DNA of 64,000 nucleotides. Source: Octopus vulgaris (taxonomy: Eukaryota). The position numbers and the translations under genes are program-made. The DNA is taken from assembly GCA_951406725.2 (NCBI GenBank), contig OX597814.1, positions 110,236,001 through 110,300,000 on the forward strand, given 5' to 3'. This document shows, piece by piece, positions 52,532 through 64,000 of the stretch (the stretch's first letter is position 1; every line of letters starts with the position of its first letter). Under the pieces are notes generated by a model. That model saw only the letters and a list, made by a program, of their open reading frames with translations. It made no database searches and was not told the DNA's origin.

Positions 52532-52654
52532 ACAGTTCTATATTTAAGAGATGAGGAATTATGTACATTATTTACATTTGACAGATATTTATCCTCATTT
52601 TGTTTGTTGTTAACAACAAACAAGATGAGGACAAATATCGTCAAATGTAAATAA
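52532..52654 (-). mobile_element. Family H1 3' segment with snap-back palindrome
   Basis: Arms 52568-52611 and 52612-52654 centred on GTT|AAC. Confidence 0.85.
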
Positions 52655-52924
52655 CATAAATAACGAAGAAAATAGGTGTAGTGACATGACATACAAGGTG
52701 TCTTGTGCACATTTGGTTCTTCCAAATGAGAGAAGGTTAGATAAGACACATAGAAAGGGTGAGGGGAAAGAAGAATTGGCCCCCAGTACTATACTGGTAC
52801 TTTATTTGTTGAGCCCTGAATGGTAAAGTTAACCTCAGTAGGATTTCAACTCAGGGCATAGAAAGCTGAAATGATTGCCACAAAACAATCTGTCTGATAA
52901 ACTAAACACTGCCGGTCACCTACC

Positions 52925-52963
<39 letters not shown>

Positions 52964-53049
52964 ATGTGTGTGTGTGTATATGAATGTGTGTGTGTATATA
53001 TATATACATACGTATGTATGCATGTGTGTGAATATATATATATATATAA

Positions 53050-53515
53050 TAAATTAATAAATAAAACATATGCATATATACATACATATATGTACGTACC
53101 TACGTCTACATGTATATATACATGCATATATGGGTACAGGACACCAAAAAAACGTCGAACACAATGAGAAACGAAAACATAAACACAAAACCAAGGAACT
53201 GGACATTTTTCTTAAACAACGAAAAGATAGAGTACAGGACACAAGGAAAATTCTCCTTCTTCAGTCGCCATGGTTTCATCTACTCTGCGTTCGAAGGTGA
53301 AGGCGATACGCATCTTCGATAGAAACTTTCCTTCCCGCGAAAAGCAAATTAAATAAAATTTGAGATCTTTTTGCGGAGGGGTAAAAATAGTAACAAAAAC
53401 AGGACAGTAATGACAGTACAAAATAAAAACAGTAAAAGACAGGACAAGGAGAATAACAAGACAAGAAGGGCTGTTAAGCCGAACGAGATAAAGTGTTACG
53501 AACGCTATTTTTTAG
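53050..53515. mobile_element. Unclassified TA-flanked dispersed repeat
   Basis: Colinear with about 61201-61690. Confidence 0.65.
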
Positions 53516-55724
53516 ATATATGTGTGCGTGTATGTGTATGTGTGTATATATATATGTGTGTATATCAACTATGCATGCACACACAAATATGTTTGAAGCA
53601 TTATAAAAGTTAACTGTCTGACTTAACAGAACATATAAGTGTGGAAGTGTAGTAAGAAGCTTGCTCCCCAACCATATGGTTCCAGGTTCAGCCCCACTGC
53701 ATGGCACCTTGGTCAAGTGTCTTTTACTATAGGCTCTGGCTGACCAAAGCTTTGTGAGTGGATTTGTTAGAGGGAAACTGAATGAAGCCTGTCATATATG
53801 TGTTTGTGTTTCTGCCCCCCCACCACCACTTTATAACCAGTGTTGGTGTATTTACATCCCTGTAACTTAGCAGTTTGACAAAAGAGACCAATAGAATAGG
53901 TAGCAGTCATAAAAAGATACATACTGAGGTTGACTCATCATCATGATCATTTAATGATGATGATGAATCAACCTCATTATTTATTTATTTATTTTTTATA
54001 ACTGGTACCTATTCTATTGGTCTCTTTTGCCAAACGTAAATACAGACTGAAAATTCTTCAAAGCCATGCTCCAGCTTGGCCACAGTCAGATGGCTGTAAA
54101 AGATGAAAGATATAAACAAATTTAAACATGAAACAATCCAAAACATTTCATTCTACCTTTCATGGTATTTAAAGACACTGACTTTTTGAAGATGTGGTTT
54201 TTCATCATTATCATCGTTTAATGTCCGCTTTCCATGCTGGCACAGGTTGGATGGTTTGACTGGGGACTGGCAAGCCAGATGGCTGCACCAGGCTCCAATC
54301 TGATCTGGCAGAGTTTCTACGGCTGGATGCCCTTCCTAATGCCAACTGCTCCAAGAGTGTAGTGGGTATCTTTTACATGACACTGGCATGAGGGCCAGTC
54401 AGATGGTACTGGCAATGGCCACATCAAATGGTACTTTTTATGTGTCACCTGCACAGGAGCCAGTCAAGTGGCACTGGCAACGACCTTGCTCAAATGTTGT
54501 TTTTTAAGTAACAACATTTGTGGCACATAAAAGCACCCATTACACTCTCGGAGTGGTTGGTGTTAGGAAGGGCATCCAGCCATAGAAACCATGCCAAATC
54601 AGACTGGAGTCTAGTGCAGCCTTCCAGTTTGCCAGCTCTGGTCAAACTGTCTGTCCAACCCATGCCAGCATGGACAACAGTCATTAAATGATGATGATGA
54701 TGAAATTTTAATAACTATAGTGTTCCAGTATATGATATATTTCCTATTTTGCATAAAAGAAATAAATGAGAATGTGTGTGTGTGTGTGTGTATAAGAGAG
54801 AGAGAGCTCTTACCACTCTATTACAACTCTTTCACCATTTCTTTCTTGAATCTTCCCTGTTTTACCTCAATTTGGCCTCAGGCCCTGGATTCTTTCCATC
54901 ATTCATTATTCTGGGATAATTTTTGGAAAACATTCATTTAGAAATGCTGATACTGTTTCACGACAGACAAACAAATATCCATGCTAAATAGCCATGCTGT
55001 TTCCTACAGCAGCAATCAATGAACAAGGAAGGGTCTCTCCACCCCCACCCCCACACATACACACACTTCACCAGTCTTGGAAATATTACAAAGGTCATGG
55101 ACACTGACCTTTTCTCCTTTCAAAAATCCATTACAAACGTTATTGTCGGTAGTTTGTTATTGATATCTATGAACACACACTTTATGTACCCATTTATTGA
55201 GTCTGGTTTGGGACTGGAAAATATATCAATGTGTTTATACATCCAGAAAGGATTATTGTGGATAATCTGATGTATAAGAATTTGATTTATCCATATTGAT
55301 TTTGTTATTGAAATACTTTATTGACAAATGTTTTCTGCATTTTTCTCTCTCTCTGTAGAATTGGTAATATTTACCTATGACTTGTGGATTTGCTGTAATC
55401 TTTCTTCACGCATGGATTATTGTCTTTGAAACTAGGAGGTAAGTTTTGGCCTTAATTCTCACACACCAGACAATATCAGTCTCACACAAAATCAATCAAC
55501 ATCACATTTGTATCATCACATCATCATCATCATCATAATCATTGTCAGTTTAACAACCACATGGTCGTATGCAATTTGTTCTGTCAGATTTTCTACAACC
55601 AGATACCCTTCCTGTTGCCAACCTTCACCTATTTTGAAGGAAGCTAATATTTCCTTGTGATCAGAACACACAACACACACACACATACACATGCGCACTA
55701 TATATTTCGTTTTTATACACAACA

Positions 55725-55774
<50 letters not shown>

Positions 55775-55830
55775 TTGTAATTTCAACACACGACTTCACA
55801 TAAAAAATCTTGCACAACAAATATTTAAAC

Positions 55831-55873
<43 letters not shown>

Positions 55874-58261
55874 CATAATTTTTTTACTTATTATATATTG
55901 ATTATTCATTTTTATACTTTTTGAGACCTAGTTATGTTTTATAAAATATATTTTATTTGTTATTTATGTTTTGGTTTATATCTATCATTGTTTGAGTTGC
56001 ATAATAGTGATTTTATCTCTAATTTATATTTTACATATATATATATACATATATGACATGTAAAAAGTGCCACTTGAGCGTGGTTGTTGCCAGTGTCGCC
56101 AGACTGGCTCCTGTACCAGTGGCACATAAAAAGCACCATTCAAGCATGGTTGATGCTAGTACTACTTGACTGGCACATAAAAAGCACCCATTACACTCTC
56201 AAGAGTGGTTGGCGTTAGGAAAGGCATCCTTGCCAGATCAGATTGAAGTCTGGTGCAGCCTTCTGGCTTGCCAGCCCACTGTCAAACCGTCAAACCCATG
56301 CCAGCATGGAAAACGGATGTTAAACGATAACGATGATGATGATGATATAGGTGTGGCTGTGTGGTGTGAAATTTACTTCCCAATCATATGTTTTTAGGTT
56401 CAGTCCCACCATGTGGCACCTTGAGCAAGTGTCTTCTACTATAGCCCCAGGTTGACTAAACTGACCGTTGCTTTATTTCAGCCACCCTGAAAGACAAAGT
56501 TGACCTCAGCAGATTTTAGGCTCACACTGTAAATAATTAGAACAAATGGTGCAAGGCATTATCTATGACACTGTAACAATTCTGCCAGCTTGCCACCTTG
56601 GTGGTGGTGGTGGTGGTGGTGGTAGTAGTAGTAGTAGATGGTGAAGCTTGATTTTTCGAACTTTGAGCCTCAGAGAGGCAATGACTGGTGACCAAGACCT
56701 TAAGCAATGTGCTGTACTTGAGAAGACCCATCAAGACAAGTGAAATCGTAGTTGTGGTTGATGCAGGTGTCACATAACAGGTAGCATGTAAAAAGCACCT
56801 TGTGAGCATTGGGCTTCACGGAGGCAAAGTGGCTGATGTTGGTGGCATGTGAAATGCTCCTTTCAAGTGTTGAGTCTCATGGAGGCAATGACAAATGACC
56901 AAGACCTTTAGCATTATGTCATGCTTGAGAAGAAGACCCTTCAAACCAAGTAAAATCACAGTTGTGGCAGATACCAATGTCATGCAAATGGCAACCATGC
57001 CAGTGGCACATAAAAGCACCCATCACACTCTTGAAATAGTTGGCATTAGGATGCCAAATCAGACTGGAGTTTGGAGCAGCCTTCCAGCATGTCAGCCCTG
57101 GTCAAACCATCTAACCCATGCCAACACAGACAACAGATGTTAAATAATGATGATGATGATGATGAATAATGCAACTTTTTCTGCTGCACTCAAAACCAGC
57201 TTGAGATCAAACAGTTTAAATATTTTTTTATTTCTTTATTGCCCACCAAGTGCTAAACAGAGGGGACAAACAAAAACAGGTAAAGGGATTAAGTCGATTA
57301 CATCAGCCCAGTGTGTAACTGGTACTTAATTTATCAACCCCCGAAAGGATGAAAGTCAAAGTTGACCTCGGTGGAATTTGAACTCAGAATGTCATGGCAG
57401 ACGAAATACCGCTTAGCATTTCGCCCGGCGTGCTAACGTTTCTGCCAGCTTGCCACCTTTAAACAGTTTGAATATTGATTACAAGCTGAAATCAATCAGA
57501 TTGAAAAAGGTAACCACTATTAGATGTGAAGAAACAAATACATAATAACAATAATACTAATAATCCTTCCTGTTGTCAGCACAAGGCCTGAAATTTTGGG
57601 GGGAGGGGGCTAGTCACTGCCATTGCCCCAGCACTGAAGTAAAGCAAAGTTGATCTTGGTAGAATCTGAACTCAGAACGTACAGAGCCAGAAGAAATGCC
57701 CCTAAACATTTGGTTCAACAGGATTTGGTCTCAAGGCTCCAGTTTCATCCTTGACATGGTTTCTGTGGCTGGATGTCCTTCTAATGCCAACCACTTTACA
57801 GTGTGTACTGGATGCTACCAGTATTGATGAGGTTGCCAGGGGACTTACAAGACAGGGGAACTGAGAGAGAAAAAGGAAAAAGGTATTTGAGAGGGGGAGA
57901 TGACTTTATACTGGATGTTGGAAGGTGAAAGTAAGATAAAGGAACAGGCGTTGGTGTCTTGCTATTGAGGAGATACATGACTACCCTACATTATGTATAG
58001 AGGTGGGTGGGAGTAGTTAGGAAGGAGACAAGGTAGGGATGGAATGCGAGAGCAAACTCTCAATGTAAGCATGAAGGAGGATCTGGACAGTGGGTCATAG
58101 AGAGTGGATGCTTTGATAGTGTGTAAAGATGGGGTGAGTAACAGGCAGTCAAAGATGGGGTTGAAGGTGAATGTGGAGAGCAATGAACTAGAGTGGAGGT
58201 GCAGTTGAGGGAAAAACCAATATAAAGGGGTGTAGAGTGATATATATATATATATATATAT

Positions 58262-58719
58262 ACGGCATCACAATTCTCTCTCACACACTGTCTTGCAACA
58301 CGAAATACCTCAAGTCTTTGGTCCTCACGGCTCAGAACATTGGCAATTCTTTTCTTATCTGCTTCCCCTCTGACTAAAAAAACCTATCTCCTAGCTTCCC
58401 TTCTGGCAGTCTGATACAATTTCCTGCTACCACCGTTCTTCCAGTCCTTCCAAGCCTATTTCTTTTCTCTAATAGCTCTGTCAACAGCATTGTTCCACCA
58501 CCACATTATTTTGGGTCGAGAGGGGACTTTGCACCATCCACAGACCTGGTCAGTGGCTCTCAGCAGGTTGTACCGTAGAAACCTCCAGTTGTCTTCCACA
58601 TCATGTGAAGTTATATCTCCTTCTATTTCATCGAAAGCTTCAAGTAATACATCCCTAAATCTCTGTCCATTCGCAGGGTCCTTAAGCTTTCAAACCCTTC
58701 TCCTCCATGCTGGTCGTCT
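58262..58719 (-). pseudogene. RTE LINE endonuclease-RT linker fragment
   Basis: KLKDPANGQRF...NWRFLRYNLLRATDQVCG...WWWNNAVDRAIREKK*AWKDWK. Confidence 0.8.
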
Positions 58720-59970
58720 TATATATATAATATGTGTGTGCATTTGCATGTGAGTTTGTCTGCCAACACCACTTGGCAACCGATGTTGGTGTGTTTACTT
58801 TTTTGTAACTTGGTTCAACAAAAAGGAACCAGAATAGAATAGGTACCACACTTTAAAAAAAAAGTACTGGGGTAGATTCATTCTACTGAAAATCTTTCAA
58901 AGTGGTGACCCAGCATGGCTGCAATCTAATGACTGAAACAAGTAAAAGATAAAAGACACACACACACACACACAACAAGCTTCTTTCAGTTTCCAGTTTC
59001 CATCCTACCAAATCCATTCACAAGGATTCGGCCAGCCAGGGGCTATAGTAGGAGACATTTCCCTAAAATGCCTTGTAATGGGACTGAACCCAAGACCACG
59101 TGGCTCAGAAGCAAACTTCTTAACCACGCAGCCATGCTTGTGCTTATGTCCACATCTGCATCTTTTAAACACACAAAATATTTACATCATTACAAAACTA
59201 CACAGAACAGAAAACGAAAAACAAAACCAAGATCTTCCTCTCTTAGTCATTTCACCAGGATCCAAACAAGAGATGCTTCACTGTGGTTTTGTTTTGACTA
59301 AAAAAATGTAGGTGGGGGCTATTACTAGTCTTTTACTTCGTTCCTGCTCTTTTTTAAAAGCATGAATGAACAAAATATTGGCTCATTTATCCCAATTATT
59401 CCTCACTAATGCCAAGAAAGAAGAGAAAGAAAATATTTTAAAGAGATATCAAAATTGAGGCTGAAGGGTGTTTTCTTTTTTTATTTGTGTGATGGGGGTG
59501 GTGTAGTTTTGTAGGTTTTTTCTTGTTAACTTTTATTTCTTTTTCCTTTTTTATTTCTCCTGTGATTTTCAAAATGGCCACTGCTGTAAATAGAAGCAGA
59601 ATTGTGGACTGTTTTTTAACTTCCTCCTAAACAGCGAGCCAGGTCAAGGCCAAACAACCATATGTGCGTGTGTTTAAAGAGGTGTATATGTGTGCACATG
59701 CGTATGTACATGTATATATATGTGTGTGTGTGTGTATGCATATATATATATATATGTATGCATATTGATTACAAGTATAGCAATCAGATTGAAAAGGTAA
59801 TCATGTTTATGAGCTGTGGGGGAAATAAATAGAAAATATAATAGTCATAATAATAATAATAATAATAATAACAGAAATACAATTAAGCTAAAAGTGCAGT
59901 GGAGGGTGAATATGAGAGTTGAATGATGGAATTTCAATATTATATATTCTAATGATTTTGAAATTGGATG

Positions 59971-59974
59971 GCTC

Positions 59975-60059
<85 letters not shown>

Positions 60060-60084
60060 TCTTTCTTTCTTTCTTTCTTTCTTT
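59971..60084. repeat. (CT)n/(CTTT)n microsatellite
   Basis: Read directly. Confidence 0.97.
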
Positions 60085-60792
60085 CTAGGAAGATGGAAGC
60101 TGAGGGTTTGCAGAACACTCACTTAACCATTCTATAATTTGTTGTTTGTTTTATTTTAATGACTCCAAAAACATCAGTTTATTTTCTGAAATAGATAGTG
60201 CCATTGAAAATACAGAGAGAGAAAGGTTATCAACTGTTTTATTTTCTTTGTTTTGCCATAATAATGCAGTCTTCCTTGATGCTAATTTGACAGTAACTCA
60301 ACTTAAAGGTCTGTGAAAAATAATGTCAAAACTGCTTTCAGTACAGTGCAGATAGAGTTTTACTATTTACAAGCACTTTGGGGGAAGAAATGGTGAAAAG
60401 GAAGGAGGCATGACATCAGGTCATTGAGATCCACTGGTTTGAATGCAATAACATAATGCCATATAATTGCTTTGAATTTATTAAAAATGTATGTGTTTAC
60501 ATTGTGTGTGTGTGTGTGTACACACCCACTGCTGTCATTCAATACACAAGCTCACAAGGCTGTTCTATAGCTGGAATAAGTATTGTCCATTGTCCGGATA
60601 TTTGGCTTAAGAGAAAGACAAAGAATAATCTTGTGGCTTAGTGGCTTTTTGATTGGTTACTTAGTTACAGTAGTATGTGTGTGTGTATGTGTACTCGCCC
60701 ACTCATTATCTGTGTTTGTATGCATGTCATTTAGTGTCCGTTTTCCATGCTGGCATGAATTGTGTGTACGTGTGTGTATATATATATATATA

Positions 60793-61177
60793 GGCGCAGG
60801 AGTGGCTGTGTGGTAAGTAGCTTGCTTACCAGCCATATGGTTCCGGGTTCAGTCCCACTGCGTGGCACCTTGGGCTAGCTTCGGGCCGAGGCTATAGCCT
60901 TGTGAGTGGATTTGGTAGATGGAAACTGAAAGAAGCCCGTCGTATATATGTATATGTATATATGTGTGTGTTTGTCGCCTCCCCCCCCCCCCCCGTCCCC
61001 AACATTGCTTGACAACCAATGCTGTTGTGTTTATGTCCCTGTAACTTAGCGGTTCAGCAAAAGAGACCGATAGAATAAGTACTAGGCTTACAAAGAATAA
61101 GTCCTGGGGTCGATTTACTCGACTAAAGGCAGTGCTCCAGCATGGCCGCAGTCAAATGACTGAAACAAGTAAAAGAG
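60793..61177 (+). mobile_element. SINE family B, near-consensus copy
   Basis: Full head to tail, between (TA)n tracts. Confidence 0.9.
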
Positions 61178-61200
61178 TATATATATATATATATATATAT

Positions 61201-61866
61201 GTTAATAAAATATATGCATATATATAAACATATATGTACGTACCTACCTCTACATGTACATATACACGCATATATGTGTACAGGACACCAAAAGGACGTC
61301 GAACACATAGAGAGACGAAAAACATAGACACAAACCAAGGAACAAGACAAGCAAAAAAAAAGGAAATACAGGACAATAAGCACAACGAAAAATCCCCTTC
61401 TTCAGTCGCTAAAGTTTCATCTACTAAACGTTTCGAAGGATAAAAGCGAGACGTATACTTCGAATGAAAAATTCCTTCCCGCGAAAAGCAAATCAATTAA
61501 AATTCTGAGATCTTGTCGCAGAGGGGTAAAAAAAAGGCAAGACGGTAACGACAGTACAAACATATAAACAGTAAAAAATATATATATAAACAGTGGAAAA
61601 ATAAATATATAACAGTGAGAGACAGGACAAGGAGAACAAGATAAGAAGGGCTGTTAACGCCAGACGAAAAAAATATTGCAAACGCTGGATTATAGTGGAC
61701 GACGAGAGAGGAAGATGTCGACCAGTGGCCTTAGAAGGCAGGCGAAAAAGGACGGGATAGCAGTTACGACGGAAGTACGTCGCAGATGGACGACGGGAAT
61801 GGGGGAGGAGGAGCAAGAGGAAGAGAGAGAAGAAGGGGAATGGTGCGAGGAGACCATGAAGAGCAG
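61201..61866. mobile_element. Unclassified TA-flanked dispersed repeat (longer copy)
   Basis: Homolog of 53050-53515; CpG-rich; bounded by (TA)n. Confidence 0.65.
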
Positions 61867-61882
61867 TATATATATATATATA

Positions 61883-62088
61883 CAATACAGCACGGACTTT
61901 GTCAGTGAACAGGTCGCGGATTTTAGCGACGAAAATATTTTGACAAATTAAACTTAAATGTTGGAGTGAACTGAACGGCTTTTGTGTGTTTCTTAAATGG
62001 CTTATAAACACCTTCCACGCTGCAATTGTTTTCGTTTCAGCACACGATCTCAGATCAAATTACTTGCTATGCGAGTACATCTCCGTAA
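61883..62088 (+). mobile_element. Short hammerhead-bearing repeat, family H5
   Basis: Homologous to both arms of 20374-20924; (TA)n on both sides. Confidence 0.75.
61898..61947 (+). ncRNA. Minimal type I hammerhead motif with G3:C8 core swap
   Basis: UUUGUCA-GUGAACA-G-GUCGC-ggauuuua-GCGAC-GAA-AAUAUU-U-UGACAAA. Perfect 7-bp helix I, 5-bp helix II, palindromic helix III. Confidence 0.75.
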
Positions 62089-62099
62089 ATATATATATA

Positions 62100-62485
62100 C
62101 TAGCAGTATCGCCCGGCGTTGCTCAGGTTTGTAAGGGAAATAACTATAAAGCATTTTTAGAGAGTTATAGCCAAAAAATAGCAAAAAAATGGAAAAAAAT
62201 TTATGGTAAATTTTTTTTTGAGATTTAAAAAAGGTGGAGTTGCGTCCCCTAGACAGTTTGTGGTTCGTGTTTCTGATTCTCGACCCCATGTAGAATTTAT
62301 CGATTTTTTTCAGAACTGGGGGAACTTTTCAAAATTTTCGCTGTGTTAGTTTTGAATTATGACATTGGGCTATGTGTGTGTCAAGTTTCATCAGAATTGG
62401 TTGAAAGCCGTGGTCAGGGTGAGGGTACAAGCAAACAGACACACAGAAACACGCACAGACAAACTGCCGTTTATATAGAGAGAGA
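62100..62485 (-). mobile_element. Non-autonomous Helitron
   Basis: Minus strand starts TC and ends with a GC hairpin (cctgagcaacgccggg) then CTAG; sits between A and T. Confidence 0.8.
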
Positions 62486-62654
62486 TATATATATATATAT
62501 ATTTTGTGAAATAGAAAGATGAATAATCTTGTTGCAGATTAATCAAAAGTTTAACCGATACCTTGGTAGCAAAAATCACAGCAGAAGACAGCACGGTTGG
62601 AGGTACAACCATATGGTGTTGCAACCGTGCGTTGGTGCGGATAATTGAATTTTA

Positions 62655-62802
62655 ATATTATTAGTGAATTGAAGAAATGGAGTTGAACGAAGATTGAACA
62701 GAAATCGTTTTATTGCATAAAACGATTTCTGTTCAACGATTGCATAAAACGATTTCTGTTCAATCTTCATTCAACTCCATTTCTTCAATTCACTAATAAT
62801 AT
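62655..62802. repeat. Inverted repeat, 59-bp arms, with a 27-bp direct duplication at the centre
   Basis: 62655-62713 versus 62744-62802, one mismatch. Confidence 0.9.
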
Positions 62803-63518
62803 ATATATATATGTATATATATATGTATATATATATGTATATATGTATGTATATATGTATGTATATATATATGTATATATATATGTATATATGTATATAT
62901 ATATGTATATGTATGTATATATGTATGTATATATGTATATGTATATATATATGTATATGTATATATATATATGTATATGTATATATATATATGTATATGT
63001 ATATATATATGTATATGTATATATATATATGTATATGTATATATATATGTATATGTATATATATATGTATATGTATATATATATGTATATGTATATATAT
63101 ATGTATATATATGTATATATGTATATATATATGTATATGTATATATATGTATATATGTGTATATATATGTGTATATATATATATATATGTGTGTATATAT
63201 ATATATATATATGTGTATATATATATATATATATGTGTATATATATATATATGTGTGTATATATATGTGTGTATATATATATATATATGTGTATATATAT
63301 ATATATGTGTGTATATATATGTATATATGTGTATATATATGTATATATGTGTATATATATATATATATGTGTATATATATATGTATATATGTGTATATAT
63401 ATATGTATATATGTGTATATATATGTATATATGTGTATATATATGTATATATGTGTATATATATATATATATATATGTGTATATATATGTATGTATATAT
63501 GTCTATATATGTATATAT
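62800..63518. repeat. ~720-bp (TA)n/(TATG)n/(TGTA)n tract
   Basis: Read directly. Confidence 0.98.
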
Positions 63519-64000
63519 AAACTTCAATATGAATAGAAGATTGATTATAATTATTAGAAGTTGTTAATTTCAATTTGAGACTTCACAAGTCTAATTTATT
63601 ACAGTAGGTGTAAAATTATTAATTACATCCAGAAAGCAATATTTTTCTCTCCTCCTTCTGCTTCCAATAAATAGCACTTCCAGATTATTTTCTCATTCTT
63701 GTTCTGTTAATTTGAGTCCAAAGTTGATTTTTACCTTTCACCCATCTGAGGGTTGACAAAATAAGAATCACTTCAATTACTGGGTTAACCTTTATTATTA
63801 TTAATGCTGTGATTGAGAAGACCCGGCAAGTAAAGTGAGATCACAGCCATAGCCTACATCAGTGTCACATAAGCAGCCCATTTAAAAAGTACCTTTGGAC
63901 CTTTGGGCAACACGCTGTGCTTGAGGAGACCTAGTGAGTCAGGTAAAATAAAAATAAAAAATCAAATCAAAATCAAAATGGAAATTGTAGTTGTGGCTGA

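Overview
AT-rich eukaryotic window, dense in microsatellites and transposons. The repeat content (tRNA-headed and CORE-type SINEs, RTE-clade LINE fragments, long TA/CA tracts) resembles coleoid cephalopod (Octopus) DNA; this is an inference from the repeats only. I found no host protein-coding exon. Almost all ORFs in the track are microsatellite or SINE read-throughs, and the only real protein signal is decayed transposon coding: a full-length mariner pseudogene, an internally deleted Tc1/mariner-like element, and several RTE and one possible L1/Tx1 fragments. The main observation is at least five short repeat families with no evident similarity to each other that each carry a minimal type I hammerhead ribozyme fold (short or palindromic helix III, as in Penelope-like elements). 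Across families the core tertiary pair 3:8 co-varies: C3:G8 (7466, 8826, 11099, 15557, 45890), U3:A8 (14872) and G3:C8 (20745, 20804, 61898). These elements mostly sit in or next to (TA)n tracts and repeatedly form fold-back palindromes that turn at or near the ribozyme; at 52568-52654 the turn lies within 5 nt of the predicted cleavage site. All folds were read by eye, most copies are decayed, and activity is untested.
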